From the NCBI RefSeq assembly GCF_009914755.1, contig NC_060928.1: a stretch of DNA of 64,000 bases; one strand, written 5' to 3'. The notes beneath the pieces are model-generated. The model was not told the origin of the DNA. It saw only the letters and a program-made list of their open reading frames with translations, and did not search any database. Each line of letters starts with the position of its first letter. Position 1 is the stretch's first letter. Source of the stretch: the human T2T-CHM13v2.0 reference genome, Homo sapiens. Below are positions 41,171 through 54,072 of the stretch, piece by piece. The translations under genes and the position numbers were made by a program.

Positions 41171-43648
41171 AAAAAATAAAATTTCTTTCTTTATGAACAA
41201 AATTACCATCTTTCAGTAGCCTATGCCCCCAAAAGGCTGTAGAACTGATTTAGAGTCAAATCCTTACCATTTTTCTTCAGAGAAAAGAGTAAAGGGAGAT
41301 AAGAACATTGCTTATAATTTCCAAAAAGTTTTATTTAGCTAAGATCCACAAGTTTCAATTTATAACAGAAACCCAGAATCAAAAGCTGAAATCTCTGGAG
41401 AGTCCATTTAAAGAAAAGGAAGGTCTGAAGTCACATGTGAATGGGTTTCAGGAGATAGGACTACAAGCCACTTGAGCCAGCTGGTCTTTAAACTATTCAT
41501 TTAGACTCTATTTTCCTCATTTGGTGCTTACAGTTTTTCTTTGAATAACTCTTTAGGTCCCAAGATTAATACCCACATACTTAATCTTTTTAACTTTATA
41601 TATGAAAATCAGTAATAGATAAATAGTAACTTATGTGCAATAGTTTTGGGACTTTATCTTATATTCTAAAAATCTGCAAATTAATTTGTTAATTCTAATA
41701 GTGTTAGTTATTTACATAATTTCCTTGACTTTTCTAATTTATTTTTGTGTATTTTTATAATAAAATTATTTCTAAAATATTCCCATCCTTCTTTTTATTA
41801 TCTGGTTTTGTTGTTACATCAAATAGCCATTGCCAGCATTTCAAGTGTTATATTAAATAGCAACAGTGATCAGGCATATGTTTATCCTACTTCTAGTTTA
41901 AGAAAATAATTCTCAGGTTTCTGAAGTAAATGTAATACTTCTCCATTCTACATGTAGACTATTAAGAACCATCTTGTACACTTTAGTAGTTTAATCAATG
42001 GCAAATTTTATTGAACATCTTCCCAGAATTTATTGAGCTTACTTTGTGGGCTTTTGTTTTCTTTCATATTAATCTAATGAGTGGTATTTTTGTGACATAG
42101 AAGCACCACTTTGCTGAAGTACCCCTATATGATTAGAGCATATTGTTTATCTACTGTAAAACTTTTTAACTTGCCTATAAATGTACTTTTTTAAACTTTT
42201 ATAATTTGGTAGTAGTTTCAAATTTGAATTTAGAATTATATTTTCCCTACTAAGTGAATTGACCAACATATTATAGTATATCTTCCAAGGAACGTATTTT
42301 TAGAAATTTTAGAAATTTGGAATTTCACAGTTATATAAACATTCAAGAACTGTCCATTTTTAAATTGCATAGTAACTTTTGCTATTTCTTCCTCTCTTAA
42401 CAGCAAATGTATGTTTCTTAAGTCTTGTGTTTACTTGTATAAATTTCATAATTACTTAACTTGATAACCAAATGTATTAATACAAACTGGGAATAAAGAT
42501 ACAGACATTATTTAAAATGTTTGTGTCATCAATGATCTTTTATGCATTCATGATTTTACTAATATTTACTTTCTTTTTATCAATTAAAACAAGTTTTTAA
42601 ATAAATCATTTCAGTAATTTACTTATTCATTATTTTGAAGAACAAACTTTGATCTCCAGTGTTGTTTTATTCATTTTACATTTTGTTTATTCCTGCTCTT
42701 AGTTTTATTTCAGCATCTTCATTTTCAACTACATAGAATTTTTATAGAAGATCCTATTTTAAGGATAGCTTATGCTATTTCTATAAAAAGGAAGCCAAAT
42801 AACATCTAATATGCTTAGTAAAGCCTGGCCTTTACTCCTATAAATGTCAACAAATCCATGATACTATATAAAAATGAAATTACCCAAGATGGGGCTAAGT
42901 TATCCCACAAGTCAACAAACAATTATCAGACTGGATATTCTACCACTGACCTATTTAACCTTCTGATTCTGGGACAGAAAAAAAAAATCCTTTCAAATGT
43001 AAGGGATATGTAGAGCTTGTGTGAAAGATTTTTAAAGGAATGATTATATATGAAAGCATGAGTATGCTTTCAAAGGGCTTATAATAAGAATCGATAACTG
43101 GATCGACATGATGCAACCTTCTGACTCCTATCAGTCTATACACCACCACCTGGGGAAAAGAAAAACAGCAGATCCTTGCTTCCAGGTGTGACTCACCTCA
43201 CTCAAGCTCAGCCAATCCTTCTTATTTTAAAGCTGTTCTCTTCAAGGTGCTTTCAAATTTTAATGAGATCTCCAGATGGATATTGCAAAATACCTGTGCC
43301 CCTTTATACACTTTCATCATTGGCTCATAAACAACTCTTCTTTTATCTTCAATGTGTTTCAAAGTTTACTTGTAAAAAAATAAAAATAAATTGTGTTTGT
43401 ATAATTCTAGAGGGTTTTGCATTTTTGTCTAAAAGCTAGTAAGCTTTGGTTTGGAGGAATTTATTTTTGTACCTGAAGTTTACATTTTTGTTGATTACAG
43501 AGCTGACAGGTCCTGTCAGATTATAGAGCTGAGGATTACAGAGCTGAAGTTTATGTTTTTGTTGATTATAGAGCTGACAGGTCCTATCAAAAATAATAAG
43601 CTGTCAACCTGACTAATATTTGTCTTTAAGACATGAGGCTAATCCCAG

Positions 43649-44010
43649 TGTATTAGTCCGTTTTGACACTGCTGATAAAGTCATACCCGAGACTGTGTAA
43701 TTTATTTTTAAAAAGATATTCTATGGACTCACAGTTCCACGTGGCTGGGGAGGCCTCACAATCATGGTAGAAGGCAAAACGCATGTCCTACATGGTGGCA
43801 GGCAAGAGAAATTGAAAGCCAAGTGAAAGAAGTTTTCCCTTATAAAACCATCAGATCTTGTGAGATTTATTCACTACCATGAGAACAGTATGGGGAAAAC
43901 TGCTTCTATGATTCAATTACCTCCCACCAGGTCCCTCCCACAACACATGGGAATTATGGGAGCTACAATTCAAGATGAGATTTGGGTGTGGGCACAGCCA
44001 AACCATTTCA
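43649..44010 (-). mobile_element. THE1B-like solo LTR
   Basis: tgtattagtccgttttgacactgctgataaag ... cagccaaaccatttca; TSD CCCAG at 43644-43648 and 44011-44015. Confidence 0.92.
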
Positions 44011-45024
44011 CCCAGCATGGTCTGTGAAGATTATTGGCTCTACCTGTGTGTTGTTAAAGACATGAGGTAGAATAAACAATCAAAAACTTATACAACGTAC
44101 ATTTTATACTCAACAGCATACTGAGTGGTTTCCATTTTTCATCTTCTTTTGCTTAATTGCTGTAAGGTAGAATAGTGTTATGTTGCTGTTTTTCTTTTAA
44201 AGTAAAATTCTGGGCATTAAGTGACTGCCACACAACTTGAAAAGCACAATAACAGGAAAGCATTGCAATACAATCAACATTAGACTGCAAAATCCTACAT
44301 GAGGCTAGAAGCTCCTTAAAGGAAGGAGCCACATCTCGTTCATCTTCGTATTCCCTCTTCCTTAGGACTATCATGATACGTGGATCTCCACCCCTGTCAA
44401 CAAGGACCAGCTTCTACTTGTCCGTTCAGAGCCTCCATACAAATTAGAAAAAGGCATTTCTTCCTCATGTAAAATTTTTAAGTTAGTATTGTATTTATTT
44501 CTCAATTATAAAAACTACAACAAATATAAAGTCATTTTTCATAAAATTCATAAATCAAATTATTGAACATAAAATAATACAAAATTCAAAATTGTAATCA
44601 CAATAATTAAGAATATCAGCTAACTACAATATAGTAATGTGTTATAAAATAATTACATATCATGCTTCCTTGGCAAATAAATTTATTACAACAATTTCAA
44701 TATTTATTTGTAACTGTGTCTCATTCTATAGAAATGACCACTGGGTTAGACTACATATCTTATGATATTCTAGTCCTTAAGTCATGTTTAATAAATTTTC
44801 AATTTGAAAAAACATTTTCCACAGGTTACTGATATTCACAAAATTAAATACAAGCCGAGAGCCAGATAAGTATTTGAAACTGTGTGCAGTAAATTCAGGT
44901 TGTATGATTATATCCCATCTAATGTTATTCCTCACTGTGTATACCAGTTCATTTCAATTGCAAATCTTTGTGTAATTGCAGTAATTCATTCTATAATTTT
45001 TCAAAGTTGATATGCAATCTACAA

Positions 45025-45332
45025 TAGCGGTCAGCAAATAATGGCTCACAAGCTGAATCTGACCCTCCTTCTATTTTTGTACAGCCAACAAATTGCTTTT
45101 ACATTTTGAAAAGAATAATATTGTAGGACATGAAACTTATATAAAATTTAAATTTCAGTGTACATAAATAAAATTTTATTAGAACACAGCCATATTTATT
45201 TGCTTATTATTGTCTGTAACTATTTTTGCACCATAATGGCAGAGTTGAAAAATTGCAAGAGAGACCATATGGCCCACAGAGCCGAAAATATTTAATAGCT
45301 GGCCCCTTACAGAAAAAGTTTGCCAACCCCTG
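45025..45332. mobile_element. MER58B hAT-Charlie MITE
   Basis: ggtcagcaaataatggc ... ggccccttacagaaaaagtttgccaacccctg; 8-bp TSD ATCTA(C/G)AA at 45017-45024 and 45333-45340. Confidence 0.88.
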
Positions 45333-45736
45333 ATCTAGAACTCTGAAAAGGTCATGACTGTCTTTTAATATTAAAAAAGTTTTTAAATGAGACTTGTATC
45401 ATTATTATGTATTAATAGTAACAGTGATATTATATTATTATGTCATTGTATATTATTATAATATAGCTATTAGTGTATTAATTAGTGCATATTATTATGC
45501 TTTATTGGTGTATATTGCTAATATTCCACATATTTAGGTAGCTTTAACCACATCATCAGCAATTTCTGAAAGACAATGGCACACACTTCTAACTTAGTAA
45601 TATAATGATATCAACTGGCTTCTCCATCACATAAATGACAAGGATTTTAAATTTTTTTATACTTAGTAAACACATTTTAAACAGAATCCAATGTTTAGTT
45701 AAACTCAAAAGTAGTTTGTTCGTTCTTAAAAGACAA

Positions 45737-48232
45737 TCTCCACTCTACCCCTAGGCAGAAATTCAGATTTTTGGGGCACTCACGCACCTGGATCAGCAGC
45801 CTAACCCACCCCACCCATCCTGTGCAGAGATCCCGGTGCAGCAAGGCCCTCTTCACTCCACACTCAGGCAGATCTCCAGGCAGCTGAAGCGTCCACTCTC
45901 CTGGATTAAGAATTAAGGTCACTCCCTGACCAACAAGCAGAGAACTTGGAGCTGAAGAGGTTTCTCAGCCCCCATGCATAGGCACACCCCTAGGTGCTTG
46001 GTGGACACCCTCTTGATTCTTCCTCCACGCTAGTGCTTATGCCTGCCATCAGGGGACCTATAGGAGAAACTGCCTGGCCTGGCCCTGCCCATCATGGCCC
46101 CTACCCCACAGGACTGAGCAGGGAGTTCAGAGCACTGTGCATTCCATGAATCAGCCCATTGCCTGAGGCAACAGAGAGCTTCTGCCAGTAAACAAAGATC
46201 AAGTACATACACAGTCATGTTGGTCACAGCCAGCTCTTACCTATAAATGCCATCTATGGGCTGTAGGTTGAGCCACACAGCCCAATATAAAACCTACTGA
46301 AAGAAGTGCATAGGGCTACAGAGGTAAAGCCAAAAGACCCTACCTAGCATTTTCTATAGTCACACCGTCTACAGAGATGGAGAAAGGAAAAGAGAAAAAC
46401 AGAACAACATTAATATTTTGGGGAAAGAAAGAAAAAGAAAAAATCTTACCTGCTTGAACATAATTATAAATATTATAAATCCCAGGATCTCCAGATGAGA
46501 GGAAAGCAGTGTGAAAATTCTGGTACCATGAAAAATCTGAATGTAGTGACACCACCAAAGGAATGCACTAGCTCTCCAGCAATGGTCCCTAACCAATACA
46601 AAAACTCAGAAATGACAGATAAAGAATTCAAAGCACGGATTGCAAGGAAGCTCAGTGAGATCCAAGACACGGTTTAAAATCAACATAAAGAAACTTGTAA
46701 AGCAATCCATGCAATGAAGGAAGAGATAAATATCTTAAAAAGAAATCAATCAGAGTGTCTGGAACTGAAAAACTCACATAAGGAATTTCAAAATATAATT
46801 GAAAGCTTTATTAATAGACTAGACCAAGCAGAAGAAAGAATTTCAGAGGTTGAAGACAGGTCTTTTGAACTAACCTAGTCAGGCAAAAATAAAGAAAAAA
46901 AGAATTTTAAAAAGTCTTCAAAATATATGAGATTATGCAAAGCAAACAAACCTACAAATTATTGGCATTCCTTAGAGAGAAGGAGAAAAAGGAAACATCC
47001 TGGAAAACATATTTGAGAGAATAAGTCAAGAAAATTTCCCTAATCTTGCTAGAGAAGTAGACATCCAGATTAAAACGAGAGAGAGAGAGAGAGAAAAGAT
47101 CCAAATAAGCACAATCAGAATTGACAAAGATGGTATTACAATTGATCCCATGGAAATACAAAATCTAGGAAACAACATTCTGGACAGCAGCCTTGAGAAA
47201 GAATATGACTAAGTCTTCCAAAGCAGCTGTAACAAAAATAAAAAGCAACAAGTGGGACCTAATTAAACTAAAGAGCTTCTGCACAGCAAAATAACTATCA
47301 AAAGAGTAAACAGAAGACTTACAGAATGGGAGAAAATATTCACAAACTACATATCCAACAAAGGTCTAAGATCCAGAATCTATAAGGAACTTAAACAATT
47401 TCAACAAGCGCAAAATGACTTTATTAAAAAACAGGCAAAGGAGATGAACAGACACTTCTCAGAAGAAGACATACAAGCCAGCAAACATGAAAAAATGCTC
47501 AACATCACTAATCATCAGAGAAATGCAAATCAAAATCACAATGAGATACCATCTCACTCCAGTCAGAATGGCAATTATTAAAACATCAAAAAACAACAGA
47601 TGCTGGCAAAGCTGTGGATAAAAGGTAACACTTACAATGTTAGGAGGAATGTAATTAGTTCAGCCACTGTGGAATTTAGATTTCTCAAAGAACTTAGAAC
47701 TACCATTCGACCCAGCAATCCCATTACTGAGTATATATCGAAAAGAAAGCATTGTTCTATCAAGAAGACACATGTACTCACATGTTCATCACAGCACTGT
47801 TCACTATGGCAAAGACATGATCAACCTTGGTGCCCATCAATGGCAGACTGGAAAAAGGAAATATGATACATATACACCATGGAATACTCTGCAGCCATAA
47901 AAAAAGAACAAGGTCATGTATTTTGCAGGGACATGGATGCAGCTGGAGGCCATTATCCTAAACAAATTAACACAAAAACAGAAAACCAAATACCACATGT
48001 TCTCACTAGTAAGTGAGAGCTAAACATTGGGTACTCATGGACCTAAAGATAGTCACAACAGAAATTGGGGACCACTGGGAAGAAGGCAGGGTACTAAATA
48101 AAACTAATTATTGGGTACTATGCTCAGTACATGATTGACAGGATCAGTCGTACCCTAAACCTCAGCATTATGCAATATACTCAGGCCACAAACCTGCACA
48201 TGTACCTTCTGATTCTAAAATAAAAGTTTTAA
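45737..48232 (+). mobile_element. L1PA15/16-like element with 5' UTR, partial ORF1, two large internal deletions and 3' UTR
   Basis: ORF1 start MRGKQCENSG...SSPAM (46495); short ORF2 island ~47095-47163; ORF2 C-terminus and PA16-like 3' UTR; candidate TSD AAAAGACAA at 45728-45736 and 48233-48241. Confidence 0.85.
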
Positions 48233-48329
48233 AAAAGACAAAATTTGAATGTCAAAAAATATTTTTATACTGCATTGTTAACTATTAATTTTTTTCAGGT
48301 TATTATTGGTTTATGTTGGCATGAAATTT

Positions 48330-48567
48330 TTAAATTTATTTTTAATTGACAAAAACTGTATTTATCATGTACATGATCTTTTGAAATATGAATATACACT
48401 GTGGAATGGCCAAATTGAACTAATTAACATATATATTACCTCACATATTTATTATTCATGGTAAGAACTCTTAAAATCTGTTTTCTTGGTGATTTTCAAG
48501 AATATAATACATTACATAATTATTAACCATAGTCGTCATGTTGTACAATAGATCTGTTGAACTTATA
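48330..48567 (-). mobile_element. L1MA 3' end
   Basis: atacactgtggaatggccaaattgaactaattaacatatatattacctcacata ... gttgtacaatagatct. Confidence 0.8.
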
Positions 48568-49509
48568 ACTACCAAGTTTAAAAAATGTACAGATTAATGA
48601 AAAAAGGCTCTTTTGTGCAATCTTATATTTTCTATCTGTAGTTGTCATATGCCTGGCCTGTCAAATTATTTTTGCCTTTATTATTGTTTTTCAAGTTGTT
48701 TTTCCACAAGACATATATGTAATTCTTCTTTAGATATTTAATTTACAGGGCAAAATTCCACCCCAAGAGTTTGCATGTGGAAATATATGCATTTTTATAA
48801 TCCACAAATCTTATAATAATTGCTGTCTACTTGGCATACATCAGAGATTGTATCTAAAATAATTAAATTATATTTTATACATAATTTTACCTGAATGATT
48901 CTGTCATAATGTTACAATTTTGGTTTTGTATTCCACCCCTAAGAAATATGTTATGTTGCCAGTGTTTGTATTCTGTGCAAACATCTTCCATGATATTGTA
49001 ACATTCTGCTATCATTTATGCAAAATATAGTAAATCATTATTATCTCTCTCAAATTTTTTTTGAACAATCCTCTCCACGCTAGATATATCCTTGCCAAAA
49101 ACCGAATCATATACTAGGAGGTCAATGCCAACATTTTTCTCTTTTTCATATAATTTCTGCTAGCATTAACAGTTATAAAATTTTTCTATAAGATTTCAAG
49201 ATTTCAATGTGGGATACTTACATTACTATTGATGTACATTTCACTTTTATCATATTTACCAAGAAATAGGTAATAAATGTTAACAGTAGAGCAAACTTCC
49301 TTATTCATTAGTGAATCTTTCTATCCCCAAAGTGTTTGTAATGATAAAATAATCTTTCGAGGTAGAATAACCATAATCTAACCATTTTTCAACATGAGGG
49401 AGAATTTGTGTGTGATCATTTCCGAAATATTCTTACCTAGAATTTCGTTTGGAATATTATACTTTCTCACAAGAATTGGATAATTTTCAACAAAAATGTC
49501 CTGTTATTT

Positions 49510-49684
49510 TGTCTGATAATCTAATTAGATGGCCATGAATCTGGATCCAAAAAAAAAAAAGGATGCTCAGTTGAATGAATTTGGAGGTGGAGGCAAGTGT
49601 CTGATAATCTAATTAGATGGTCATGAATCTGGATCCAAAAAAAAAAAAGGATGCTAAGTTGAATGAATTTGAAGGCAGGTGGCA
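49510..49684. repeat. 88-bp-period diverged tandem duplication
   Basis: tgtctgataatctaattagatgg(c/t)catgaatctggatcc(A)nggatgct begins at both 49510 and 49598. Confidence 0.93.
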
Positions 49685-50210
49685 CTTCCCCTTCAAATTA
49701 TTCTTTACATTTTTTAATTTAGAGTTGACATATAGATCTAAGGAAAATTCACATCCTGCTTCATTAATGACATATCTATGCTATATTCTGCTGAAAAGTG
49801 TAGCTCGAAACTTTTTCCTCTTTTTTTCTGTCATTGCACCTATTTCTCCAGAAAACTTATTTAACCAGCCAAAGTTTTTCTTAATTTTTTTTCTAGCAGT
49901 TTCCCAATTATTTCCTTTCTAATGCTGATAATTTATTTAAATTTTCTTTGGAACATCTGAGAGGAAATGGCATCTTTTCCAGAAGTTTGTAACATTTTCA
50001 AATAATATTATATACATATCTCCAAATTTTAAATAGTTAAAAAGCCAATGCTATAACATAATTAACAAATTGTTACATGGTAATCTCTGATTTATTTCTA
50101 TCTAAAATATACTTTCTGGATCATGAATGGAAATTGGATCATTATATAGTAATTTGTATCATAATGTTAGAATTTATAGATTCATTGGTTACTTAGTTAT
50201 TCAATTCTAG

Positions 50211-50596
<386 letters not shown>

Positions 50597-50663
50597 AGGG
50601 GATTTTTTAAAGATATTCACCAAAATAAATAAGAAGCTACCTGTTTAAAGACTGAGGTTATTA

Positions 50664-50974
50664 CCGCATGTTCTCACTCATAGGTGGAAATTGAACAATG
50701 AGAACACCTGGACACAGGAAGGGGAACATCACACACTGGGGCCTATCATGGGGTCAGGGGAGGGGGGAGGGATAGCATTAGGAGATATACCTAATGTAAA
50801 TGATGAGTTAATGGGTGCAGCACACCAACATGGCACATGTATACACATGTAACAAACCTGCACGTTGTGCACATGTACTCTAGAACTTAAAGTAAAAAAT
50901 AAATAAATAAATAAAAATAAATAAATGTAAATAAATAAGAAAAAAAAATTCTAAGGAAATGGATTTAAAAAAAA
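50664..50974 (+). mobile_element. 5'-truncated L1PA (PA4-5-like) 3' end
   Basis: catgttctcactcataggtgg...gcacatgtactctagaacttaaagt plus tail; imperfect TSD AAAGAC(TG)AGGTTATTA. Confidence 0.9.
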
Positions 50975-52029
50975 GACAGGTTATTATATCAACAAGGTTT
51001 TATTATTATTATTATTAAACTAATCCCTCTTCTTTAAGGTAAAGCAGAATGACACAGATCTTCTCTGTCATAATAAGACACAAAATATCTATCTGTTGGA
51101 AATTTGTCACACTATGCTGATTTTGGAAGCGCAAACTCCTTACTGTCACCAGCCAGAAAGCTGTCATAACAAATATTCAGATTATCCCTCTTAGGAGTCA
51201 ACAATTAGGACAGAACTATTGTAAAATTTTAATATGATAAGTATGTCTATATGTATGAATGCAACCCTTATTGATAATGTACCCTTGTGCAGTACAAAAC
51301 CTAAACAATGTATACAGCAGCTATTTATAGGGGGTAACCTGGAAACATTCTTTAGTGTCTGCAGTGCCCATTGCTGGAGCAGGCCAACAATAATTTTTGA
51401 ATGAGTGCCACTAGATCCTCTTCTGAGCCTAACTTTTATTTTTTTCTCTTTCCTCTCCCCAACCTCTTCCCTATTTCTGTTTCTTTTTCATGGTGCAATC
51501 ACTTTTAAATATTCTGGCATAAAACCTGGAGCCTCAGACTCTTAATTTAACCTAAATCATTATTGAAAGTTGAGATTGTTCTGGCAATGCCAAGAATTTC
51601 ATGCTTCTTAGTAAGAAGAACATCCAAGCCCAAAGAAAGAGTAACTTTTAAAAATATGGAAGATTGAATAAATGTAATAAACCTATATCTGAATGGGCTG
51701 TCCGCACAAACAGTGAGAGTCCAACTACTAGGTGTCTAAGAAGTGATCAATTGGAATGTGAGACAGTAGTGGTTCACCAGAAGAAAGTAAAAGGATAATG
51801 AAATGTCTCCAAGAGTATAAATCCAGTTCATAAAAAATTTATTAAATACATACAAAACTCAGCTCTGGGTACCCACCTTGGTGGGAGAGATAAGCAATAT
51901 ACGGATTAATTCTATACTGTTAGAACATGACATATACTATAAAATGGGTACAAATAATGTGCTATGGCAAAATAAAGGATAAAGATAGCACTTTTACTAG
52001 TAAATACAGTGAATGTTTCATTAATTGGT

Positions 52030-53130
52030 TGACCAAATATTGATTGAGGACCTACTAGTGTGTGCGGGAATGATTCTTAGTGCTAAAGTGAACAAAAGAA
52101 CAAAAATAATTACCCTCAGGGAAATTACACTCTACCAAAGGAACCAGACCATAAACAAATAAAAATTAAGACATCTGTCAAACAGAAGCACCATGGAGAA
52201 ATATGTAATCAATATTACATATATCTATATGTAGTATTACATATATCTATATGTCATCATGGCAGAGGATGGCAGCTGTGTTGGAGAAGTGCAACTTTAG
52301 ACAGGATAGTCAAGAAGGCCTCCTGAGGAAGCAATGTTTCAGCAAAGCCCTGGGGGAACCAAAGGAATAAGTCATGTGACTCGTGTGAATATCATTCATG
52401 TTGAGGGAGCTGTCTGCACAAGAGTATGACTGGTAAGCTGGAGGAATTCTGTATTCAAAGAATAATGTGAAGGTCAGAGTGGCTGTGGTAGAGAGAAAAA
52501 GTTGAGTTATAGGAGACATAAAAAGAGAGAAAAAAAGGAGCCAGATCATGCAGGGCCTTGTAGCCCACTGTATTAGTCTGTTTTCACACTGCCATAAAGA
52601 ACTACCTGAGACTGGGTAATTTATGAAGAAAGGAAGGTTTAATTGACTCACAGCTCTGCATGGCTGGGAAGGCCTCAGAAACTTACAATCATGGCAGGAG
52701 GGAAAGCAAGGCACATCTTACATGGCAGCAAGCGAGAGAGAGAGAGAGTGAAGAAAGACACACACTTTTCATCAGATCTCGTGAGAATTCCCTCGCTATC
52801 ATGAGAACAGCATGGCAGAAACTGCCCCCATGCTCCAATCACCTCCCACCAGGTCCCTCCCTCAACACATGGTGATTAAAATTCAAAATGAGATTTAGGT
52901 GGGGACACAGAGCCAAACCATATCAACCACTGTGGGAACTTTGGCTCCCACTGAGAAGGAAAGCAAGTAAAGGTTTTGAGGAATAGGGTGACATGGTCTG
53001 GGAATAAGACTCAACAGAAGCAAAGAAAAAACAGAAAAGCCAGTCAGGCAACTATGTCAAAAATCTGGGTACAAGATAATAGTGGCTCAGAACAAGGTGG
53101 CAGCTATGGAGTTGGTCTGAGGTGCTCATA
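52030..53130 (-). mobile_element. L2 split by an MST-type LTR
   Basis: aaatattgattgaggacctact...gagccagatcatgcagggccttgtagcccac, resuming after the LTR as tgtgggaactttggct. Confidence 0.65.
52569..52925 (-). mobile_element. MSTA/THE1D-like solo LTR
   Basis: tgtattagtctgttttcacactgccataaagaactacctgagactgg ... gagccaaaccatatca; TSD (C/A)CCAC. Confidence 0.88.
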
Positions 53131-53644
53131 TGTGAATACATAAATCTCACAATAAATAATTTTTGAGGGTCCATCAGATACTAGGTACTATACTCAGCCA
53201 AAGAGCTGAACCCTGACTTTGGAATTCCTTGCATGGACATCCTGGACTTACTTGATCAATAATTCCAAACTCAATGAAACTGAGAGCTGCCCCTTCCAAA
53301 TCACCCCTCACTGCTACTACTGGATCTGATTCCAGCTAAACCCAGACTACTTCTTGCTACAAACTTTGGAAGCGGTGGCTTGACTTCCTTTCTCCGCCAG
53401 CAGCAACCCGCTTCATAATCAGAATCACTGTCCAAAAATGGCAGAGGTGGAAACTTCGACAGGGCTTTTGAAGAAAAGCACTTCGCTGGACTAGATCCCA
53501 AGCTTATAATATGTATGAAGAGCATCACTGGAAGATGGACTGGAAACACAGGCTTGGGCCAGGAGTGCCATTCCATGATATATGCCCTTTATCCTCTAGG
53601 AAGTACAATGGCTACACGGTTTTTATTGCATGCTTTTTAGCGGT

Positions 53645-54072
53645 GTAGTAGGTTGGATTATTATTCAGCAAATTTTCACTCTTCCCTCTCCTTTCAGACA
53701 TAAATATGTGATCCTACCCCACTGGCATGGTGTCTGGGCAGGTGCCTTGCTTTGACCAATAGAATGTGACGGTGCCAGTTCCAGCAGAGAATTTAGTAGC
53801 AGGCTCAGATTCTGCCAGGCCTTTTGCAACCACATGCTTCACCATAAGAGTCTTTTTTGATTAGCTCCCAGTCTCAGAATAAGGAGAGACATCAAGTAGA
53901 CCTAAAATCCAAGGCAGACCCTGTTGCTGAGCTCAGACAACTGACAACCAGAGGTGATCCACAGCCAACCCCCTGCCTATCCAGCAAGAAGTAAGGGTTT
54001 ACTACTGTAATCCACTGATATTGTGGGAATTCTTGTTCCATAGCATTAGTGCAGCAAAAAGCTATTCATTAC
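53645..54072 (+). mobile_element. Old MLT1 (I/J-like) LTR
   Basis: cttgctttgaccaatagaatgtga ... tgtaatccactgatattgtgg ... catagcatt. Confidence 0.6.

Noticed and set aside
41400-42720. Very AT-rich stretch considered as a matrix-attachment or novel element
   Set aside because: Scattered motifs suggest a heavily decayed antisense L1M; boundaries cannot be supported.
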